The position numbers and the translations under genes were made by a program. Source: Telmatocola sphagniphila (GTDB taxonomy: Bacteria; Planctomycetota; Planctomycetia; Gemmatales; Gemmataceae). Taken from it: DNA of 32,000 nt. Each line of letters begins with the position of its first letter. Position 1 is the first letter of the stretch. Location: assembly GCF_018398935.1 (NCBI RefSeq), contig NZ_CP074694.1:2490001-2522000 (forward strand), in the 5' to 3' direction. The notes below the pieces were generated by a model. That model had not been told where the DNA came from and ran no database searches. It was given only the letters and a program-made list of their open reading frames with translations. Shown piece by piece: positions 26,678 to 32,000 of the stretch.

Positions 26678-27976
26678 ATGCTTAAGTCCAGCTTTTCAAC
26701 TATAAGTGCCGCATTTTTGGCCGTCTTGCTCTCAGGACCATTCTCGCTTCTGCTTGCTGAGGAACCTCAGTCAAAAACGGTAGATGCTACCCATCTTAAA
26801 GGAAAGGTCCTATGCGGTTATCAAGGCTGGTTTCGATGTCCGAAAGACGCCGCTAATTCCGGCTGGGTCCACTGGAGTCGAGATCGACAGAGCATTTCAC
26901 CAAAATCGCTGACCTTCGAAATGTGGCCAGACATGTCGGAGTACAGCGAGGCCGAGAAATATCCGGCTTCGGGTTTTACTCAACCCGACGGCAAGCCGGC
27001 GTATCTCTTCAGTTCCGATAATCACCTCACGGTGCAACGCCATTTCAACTGGATGCGCGATTACGGCATCGACGGCGTTTGGCTACAACATTTCGTCGTC
27101 GACCTGCCCGGCGGCCCATCCCAGGATCGCTACCCCTCCCGGATGCGAGTGATTGATCATGTCCGTGAAGCCGCCAAAAAAACTGGCCGGGTCTGGGCGC
27201 TGGCCTACGACATTAGCGGTTCATCTGAAGATCGCATCTATCAGACGATCGCCACCGATTGGAAGAAAATGGTCGACGACAAAATCATTCAGGATCCCAA
27301 TTACATTCACGAGGGAGGCCTTCCTGTCGTGCAGATCTGGGGTTTCTACCATCAACAAAAATCGACTCCGATGTCGGCCCAACTGGCTAATAAACTCATC
27401 GAATTCTTCCAAACACCCAGCCCCTACTCCGCCTTTCTGGTGGCGGGAGGCGACTGGAACTGGCGTAAAAATCCCGATAAGGAATGGCGCCAGTTTCTCG
27501 CCCGATTTCGAGGCTATTCTCCCTGGAATGTCGGCAATTATTCCATCGATACGAACAAGGTTACTCATGCCAGTATGGGTTATTGGGAAGAAGATTTCAA
27601 AGAGTGTCAGCAGCGCGGCACACTTTGGATTCCGGTAATCTATCCCGGCTTCAGTTGGGATAATTTGAGACAGCAAAAACCGGGAACGTCTACATTGGCT
27701 CGGCGTGAAGGCCGTTTTCTCTGGGAGCAGTTCTATGAGCTCGCCCGGCTGAAAGCCGATTCGGTTTGCGTGGCCATGTTCGATGAAGTGGATGAAGGGA
27801 CGGCTATCTTCAAGGTGAGCGATACGCCGCCAAAAGAAGCGCACTTTCAAAATCTTGAAGGACTGCCGAGCGATTGGTACCTTCGGTTGGTCGGGGAGGG
27901 AACCAAAATGCTCCGAGGGCAGCGGCCCCTCTCGGCCGAACTTCCCTTTCCGATACCGAAGAAACCCCTGAGGTGA
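26678..27976 (+). CDS. Secreted putative glycoside hydrolase-like protein (GH99/GH71-like barrel suspected)
   Basis: The internal ATG at 26678 gives the signal peptide MLKSSFSTISAAFLAVLLSGPFSLLLAEE. Motifs: KVLCGYQGWF...WVHW near the N-terminus and VAMFDEVDEGTAIFKV near the C-terminus, reminiscent of the xFNEWxEGTxIE strand of GH99-type enzymes. The product call is tentative. The track's upstream extension (26480..) is not protein-like. Confidence 0.8.
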   Translation: MLKSSFSTISAAFLAVLLSGPFSLLLAEEPQSKTVDATHLKGKVLCGYQGWFRCPKDAANSGWVHWSRDRQSISPKSLTFEMWPDMSEYSEAEKYPASGFTQPDGKPAYLFSSDNHLTVQRHFNWMRDYGIDGVWLQHFVVDLPGGPSQDRYPSRMRVIDHVREAAKKTGRVWALAYDISGSSEDRIYQTIATDWKKMVDDKIIQDPNYIHEGGLPVVQIWGFYHQQKSTPMSAQLANKLIEFFQTPSPYSAFLVAGGDWNWRKNPDKEWRQFLARFRGYSPWNVGNYSIDTNKVTHASMGYWEEDFKECQQRGTLWIPVIYPGFSWDNLRQQKPGTSTLARREGRFLWEQFYELARLKADSVCVAMFDEVDEGTAIFKVSDTPPKEAHFQNLEGLPSDWYLRLVGEGTKMLRGQRPLSAELPFPIPKKPLR

Positions 27977-28021
27977 ACAGACCTGCAAACTTAGTGGCTT
28001 TACTGAAAAGTGCGACGGATT

Positions 28022-28222
28022 TCAGTGCTCGACACTTTGCGTGGTAACATTAACGGAGGCGTTTTTTGCCTCATCTTCCGCCCGCATCGTAGCTCGAAAT
28101 ACCGGAATGTATGGAACCGGTATCGTCAATCCGTACCGTTTCTGAATGTGATCCGAAAGTTCTTCCGAACTGCAATTTCCCAACTCCGCCATCGCCAAAC
28201 GAAAGGCTTCGATCTTCGTCAT
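28022..28222 (-). CDS. Hypothetical small protein (66 aa)
   Basis: The internal ATG at 28222 has AGGAG about 9 to 13 nt upstream. Product: MTKIEAFRLAMAELGNCSSEELSDHIQKRYGLTIPVPYIPVFRATMRAEDEAKNASVNVTTQSVEH. I recognised no family. The longer track ORF (to 28354) has an implausible R/W/C-rich N-terminus. Confidence 0.4.
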   Translation of the reverse strand: MTKIEAFRLAMAELGNCSSEELSDHIQKRYGLTIPVPYIPVFRATMRAEDEAKNASVNVTTQSVEH

Positions 28223-28506
28223 TCGGTATGCTCCTGATGCTAGCTGAGAACAACATCGGCTCTCCGTACGCCAATAACTCAGTAGTTGATTTCCTCTCCA
28301 AAAAAATAGCACGGGGATTACTCGGAATCTAACGGTTCGTGGGACTGGCCGCACAGGAAATTGAATCGGTAAATCCTAGATCCGTTCGACCTTTTGAATG
28401 AGACCGACGAGGCTTTTATAGCCCATTCCGAAATGGTCTACTACAATCCCTATATCTCACCGCAAGTGGCTTCTCCACCAACTTTAGTTTCACAAGAAGG
28501 CTCTCT

Positions 28507-29454
28507 ATGAAATGTCTCCCCGGCCTGCTGCTGTCACTTCTCAGTTTAATAAACAATTCGAACACATCCCGAGCGGAAAACCTGGTTCTGGCCAGCGCTT
28601 CCTATGGAAAAAATATCGTGGCCATCTGCGATAAAGAAGGAAAAATCCTCTGGTCCTATTCGACCACCGGCCCCAAGGCGGGGCACGCCGGTCATCACGA
28701 TTTGCAATTGCTGGAAAATGGCAACATTTTGTTTCACGAAGATTGGACTGTCACCAAGGAAATCACGCTCGACAAGAAAGTCGTTTGGTCTTACGATTCT
28801 GCAACGATGAACGGCAATAAGGGCAAACGGGTGGACGTTCACGCATTTCAGCGCTTGCCCAACGGTTTGACCATGATAGCTGAGAGCGGCGTCGGACGAA
28901 TCATCGAGGTCGACAAAGACGGCAAGATTCACAGCGAAGTGAAACTACAAGCCGGCGGCCGATCAAATACGCGCATGGTCCGCAAACTGGAAAACGGCAA
29001 TTATCTTGTCTGTGCCGAAGATCCCGGCGTGGTAACCGAGTATAACCCGAAGAGCGAAGTGGTCTGGGAATATCCCATCAAGACGCGCGTATACGGTGCG
29101 ATTCGCCTCAAAAACGGTAATACCTTAATCGCTTCCGGCGGCGGCGCCAGCGTAGTCGAAGTGACCCCGGAAAAGAAGATTGTCTGGGAAATCAAAGACT
29201 CCGTGGACGAAAACAAAATCGCCTTGAAGTGGATGACCTTTTTAACTGAACTGCCCAACGGGAACTTCGTCGTTGGGAATTGCCACGCAGGCGAAAAGAA
29301 TCCTCAGATTTTTGAAATCACCCGCGACAAGAAAGTCGTGTGGCAGTTCAACCACTACGACACGTTTGGCAATGGGCTAGCTTGTTCGCAAATTCTCACT
29401 GAGGAACAATCGAAACTGGTTCGCAAGCTTTTAGCTCAAGCGAACCAGAAATAA
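28507..29454 (+). CDS. Secreted beta-propeller repeat protein (PQQ-like/ASST-like fold), function unknown
   Basis: 315 aa with signal peptide MKCLPGLLLSLLSLINNSNTSRA. A blade signature recurs about every 50 aa: LLENGNILF, RLPNGLTMIA, KLENGNYLVC, RLKNGNTLIA, ELPNGNFVVG. Each is followed by K(K)VVWEY/WSY/WQF. Confidence 0.85.
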   Translation: MKCLPGLLLSLLSLINNSNTSRAENLVLASASYGKNIVAICDKEGKILWSYSTTGPKAGHAGHHDLQLLENGNILFHEDWTVTKEITLDKKVVWSYDSATMNGNKGKRVDVHAFQRLPNGLTMIAESGVGRIIEVDKDGKIHSEVKLQAGGRSNTRMVRKLENGNYLVCAEDPGVVTEYNPKSEVVWEYPIKTRVYGAIRLKNGNTLIASGGGASVVEVTPEKKIVWEIKDSVDENKIALKWMTFLTELPNGNFVVGNCHAGEKNPQIFEITRDKKVVWQFNHYDTFGNGLACSQILTEEQSKLVRKLLAQANQK

Positions 29455-29473
29455 TAACTGGACAAACTCGCCA

Positions 29474-30496
29474 TCAAGCCTTGCTGGAAACAATTGCCTG
29501 CTGATTAGTCGGAAGGAGGGCGTGGAATTCGTTCTTGGCGAATCCCGCCTTTTCGAACAGTTTCCGATATTCTTCAAACGTATAGGCATCGCCATGTCCG
29601 GTGGCGACCAGCATGGTGAGCGCAAATCCCGCCGCATGCGCCGGAGAGATTCGATCAGCCTCGGGAATAAAGTCCAAAGTCAACGCCCTGCCGCCCGGGG
29701 CCAGTGCCGCATAGGCTTTAGCGGCGAGTTTCTCGCAAGTCGGCACGTCGAAGTGATGGAAAAAATTGGTCAATAGGACGAGATCGTAGGGACCACCCCA
29801 ATCGACGTCGAACGCGCTTCCCGGCAGAAGTGAATAGCGTTGACTGATTCCCGCCTGAGAGGCATTTTCCGAAGCGACGGCCAAGACATTTCGCCAATCC
29901 AAAGCAGTCACCCGCGCCTGCGGATACCTTTCCGCAATCGTAATCCCGAAAATTCCATGCCCGGCAGCCACATCCAGAATTCGCAGCGGTTTATTCGTAT
30001 CTTCCTTGACCAGATCGGCCAGCAATTTAGCCGGTAACCGCATCATCCCCACCATGCCGCGGGCGAATTCCACCCAAATCGGATTGTCGTGAGAGACCGT
30101 GCCCTCTTCCGGCAGGGCTGTACCCCCTATCCGCACCGCTTCCGTCAGTCGGTGAAAACATTCGCGGAGCTTCGGCGTGTGAAGAAATTCCAGGGTTTTT
30201 CCCAGATAGGCCGGAGAATTTTTATCCAGATAGAAACTGGAATCCGCCGTCAATTCGTAACGGTCGTTATGCTTGATAAGAAAGCCTTGAACTGTCAGGT
30301 AATCGCATAAGATGCGGATGCCGCGAGGAGAAGCCTGGCAAGCCTGGCAAGCCTGCGCGATTTCCGGAGGGGTACGCTTACCGCTGGCGATATGCGTGAA
30401 TAGCTCCAGTTCGACGGCAGTACGTATCGCTTCCGTCTTTTCGTAGGCCGAAACCGCTTCGAAGAATAGACGAGGAGAAGGAGATTGAACGCTCAT
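29474..30496 (-). CDS. Class I SAM-dependent O-methyltransferase (dimerisation domain + Methyltransf_2 type)
   Basis: 340 aa, ATG start. The N-terminal winged-helix dimerisation region (AVELELFTHIA...LCDYLTVQGFL) is followed by SAM motif I ILDVAAGHGIFG and LLTNFFHHFD. Confidence 0.9.
   Translation of the reverse strand: MSVQSPSPRLFFEAVSAYEKTEAIRTAVELELFTHIASGKRTPPEIAQACQACQASPRGIRILCDYLTVQGFLIKHNDRYELTADSSFYLDKNSPAYLGKTLEFLHTPKLRECFHRLTEAVRIGGTALPEEGTVSHDNPIWVEFARGMVGMMRLPAKLLADLVKEDTNKPLRILDVAAGHGIFGITIAERYPQARVTALDWRNVLAVASENASQAGISQRYSLLPGSAFDVDWGGPYDLVLLTNFFHHFDVPTCEKLAAKAYAALAPGGRALTLDFIPEADRISPAHAAGFALTMLVATGHGDAYTFEEYRKLFEKAGFAKNEFHALLPTNQQAIVSSKA
30331..30357 (-). repeat. In-frame 9-nt tandem repeat inside the O-methyltransferase gene
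   Basis: On the + strand: aagcctggc (30331..30339), aagcctggc (30340..30348), aagcctgcg (30349..30357). It encodes A-QAC-QAC-QAS. Confidence 0.85.
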
Positions 30497-30771
30497 TGAG
30501 ATTCCTAACTCTAAGAAACACTTCGCTGACCGGACAAGGTCCGCGAACTTGTTTTACTCGGGAGTCATCGCGGACGAGACAGGTGAAATTCTTACTCGGA
30601 TAAAAAGACGATCAATCGAGTCGACATTCAGACAAATTCCCGGGATATTTTTTTTCTTGATCCTGCCGCTTCGAATGGAGTTTCCATTTCTTTGTGGTGA
30701 TGTCTTTCCCAAGCCCATAAAAATTGGAAAAGACGCCTGAAAGCTGAAAACACCAAACGTTGGAGTTTCCT

Positions 30772-31782
30772 ATGCACTTTCGATTCTTATTTCTCTTCGC
30801 CATGCTCATGGGAAGCATCTTCTGCACATCCGCCCCAGTTGAGGGCCAGACACCCACGGATTCGAAGAAACTGGCCAACAGCCTGATTGGTCGCTGGGAC
30901 CTTACCGTCAAAGGAACCAACAGTACCTACCCTTCCTGGCTGGAGATCACGCGATCCGGATCCCGGACACTGGTCGGATCTTTCGTCGGTCAGGTGGGCA
31001 GTGCTCGGCCCATCTCCAAAATCGAAATCAAAGACGGCAAATTCCACTTCAGCATTCCGCCTCAGTGGGAAGCTGGAACCGAAGATTTTGTATTTGAAGG
31101 CACTTTCGAAAACGATCGCATTCAGGGGACGACTACGCTCCCCAAGGGACGTAAAGTCGATTGGGTCGGCGTCCGGGCTCCTTCATTAAAGCGGACCCAG
31201 CCGCCCGTCTGGGGCAAACCCATTTCGCTCTTCAACGACAAAGATCTCACGGGCTGGAAGGCGCGACAAGTCAACGGCACGCATGGCTGGGAAGTTAAAG
31301 ACGGGCTTCTGGTGAATGCCAAACCGGGCCAGGATCTCGTTACCGAAAAAACCTTTACCGATTTCAAACTGCATGCCGAATTCCGTTACCCCAAAGGAAG
31401 CAACAGTGGGATTTATCTGCGCGGCCGTTATGAAGTGCAGATCGAAGATGGTTACGGCCACGAACCCGAAAGCCACGAAATCGGTGGAGTTTACGGTTTC
31501 CTGACCCCCCGTATCAATGCTTCCAAACCGGCGGGCGAATGGCAGAGTATTGACATCACCCTGATTGGTCGCGAAGTCACCGTTGTTCTGAACCACGAAA
31601 CGATAATTGATCGCCAGACGATTCCGGGCATTACCGGCGGGGCCTTGGACAGCGACGAAGGCAAACCGGGTCCAATTCTGCTACAGGGCGATCATGGTTC
31701 CATCGAGTTTCGCAATCTGATTCTGGTGCCGTCGGAAACGGATGGCAGCACGACTCTGACGGCCCCTCGAGAGAAGAAATAA
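30772..31782 (+). CDS. DUF1080 domain-containing protein (3-keto-disaccharide hydrolase family), secreted
   Basis: The ATG at 30772 has GGAG 7 nt upstream, and a signal peptide follows (MHFRFLFLFAMLMGSIFC). The C-terminal half is classic DUF1080: LFNDKDLTGWKAR...WEVKDGLL...FTDFKLHAEFRYPKGSNSGIYLRGRYEVQI...GGVYGF...PAGEWQSIDITLIGREVTVVLN...PGPILLQGDHGSIEFRNLILVP. The track start at 30760 is TTG. Confidence 0.92.
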   Translation: MHFRFLFLFAMLMGSIFCTSAPVEGQTPTDSKKLANSLIGRWDLTVKGTNSTYPSWLEITRSGSRTLVGSFVGQVGSARPISKIEIKDGKFHFSIPPQWEAGTEDFVFEGTFENDRIQGTTTLPKGRKVDWVGVRAPSLKRTQPPVWGKPISLFNDKDLTGWKARQVNGTHGWEVKDGLLVNAKPGQDLVTEKTFTDFKLHAEFRYPKGSNSGIYLRGRYEVQIEDGYGHEPESHEIGGVYGFLTPRINASKPAGEWQSIDITLIGREVTVVLNHETIIDRQTIPGITGGALDSDEGKPGPILLQGDHGSIEFRNLILVPSETDGSTTLTAPREKK

Positions 31783-31890
31783 AATCGATCGGACGTTTTA
31801 TAATTTGTTCGGCCATTCGGAGGCAGTAACTCAGAATGGCTGTTCAAAGATGCACTCATCGATAGTTTCAAATCATCAACCCAACGGCAA

Positions 31891-32000
31891 TCAAGGATTT
31901 TTCACCGCGAGAGAATCACTCTCGAAGAATTGCACGCTTCCTTCACTCATGTCGTAAATCCCGCAAATCACTTGGAGTCGGCCTCTCTCCATCGCTTCCT
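31891..32000 (-). CDS. C-terminal end of a gene entering from beyond the window; beta-carbonic-anhydrase-like tail (partial)
   Basis: Not in the ORF track because it is truncated at the edge. Hand translation of the reverse frame from 31998: EAMERGRLQVICGIYDMSEGSVQFFESDSLAVKNP, with stop TGA at 31893..31891. The pattern G-x-L-x-(V/I)-x-G-x-(V/I)-YD-x-x-x-G-x-V resembles beta-class carbonic anhydrase C-termini. Only 35 aa are visible. Confidence 0.4.
   Translation of the reverse strand, partial: EAMERGRLQVICGIYDMSEGSVQFFESDSLAVKNP

Noticed and set aside
31811-31840. Inverted repeat gccattc / gaatggc between the convergent DUF1080 and carbonic-anhydrase-like genes, as a possible bidirectional terminator.
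   Set aside because: The stem is only 7 bp with a 16-nt loop and no flanking U/A tracts. It is too weak to call.
1-32000. Looked for CRISPR arrays, tRNA/rRNA genes, IS elements or terminal inverted repeats, integrase, recombinase or phage genes, toxin-antitoxin pairs, reverse transcriptase or retron-like elements, and long dispersed repeats.
   Set aside because: No regularly spaced direct repeats, no tRNA-like T-arm/acceptor combinations, and no ORF with transposase, integrase, RT, nuclease-NTPase or toxin-like motifs was seen. The only repeats are short in-gene duplications (749-800 and 30331-30357) and protein-level repeats in the propeller, PATR and dockerin regions. A computational repeat and covariance-model scan would be needed to make this negative result firm.

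Overview
Dense, mostly ordinary chromosomal segment. The gene families point to Planctomycetota: a DUF1552 / DUF1592-PSCyt pair, a DUF1559 pseudopilin-like protein with a partner lipoprotein, DUF1080, Gfo/Idh/MocA, a small TIGR03066/03067-like secreted protein, and an 'LSLLSLEERIVPT' N-terminus on a giant surface protein. I support about 24 protein-coding genes. Two run off the window edges and are missing from the supplied ORF track: 1..1136(-) and 31891..32000(-). Order of content: (1) a secreted protein with a Tyr/Gly/Asn-rich region; (2) a CzcA/CusA-type RND pump with its adaptor and a possible small His-bearing secreted ORF, but no outer-membrane factor; (3) a small secreted protein and a zinc-ribbon membrane protein; (4) DUF1552, DUF1592 and a secreted HMA-like CxxC protein; (5) a 1363-aa protein combining a sedolisin (S53)-like domain, PATR repeats and a dockerin; (6) an orphan hybrid sensor kinase with a propeller/Y_Y_Y sensor; (7) DUF1559 plus a lipoprotein; (8) aldo/keto reductase, Gfo/Idh/MocA and PhyH; (9) a DUF5658-like membrane protein; (10) a secreted glycosidase-like protein; (11) a small ORF; (12) a beta-propeller; (13) an O-methyltransferase; (14) DUF1080; (15) the tail of a beta-carbonic-anhydrase-like gene. 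I saw no rRNA or tRNA genes, CRISPR array, transposase, integrase, phage genes or recognisable defence, toxin-antitoxin or retron-type module. The best candidates for undescribed biology are family-level unknowns, not a clear new system: the DUF1552/DUF1592/HMA-like three-gene module, the prodomain-less S53-PATR-dockerin protein with a non-canonical N-terminal motif, and the Tyr-rich secreted protein. All family calls come from motif recognition by eye; no searches were run.
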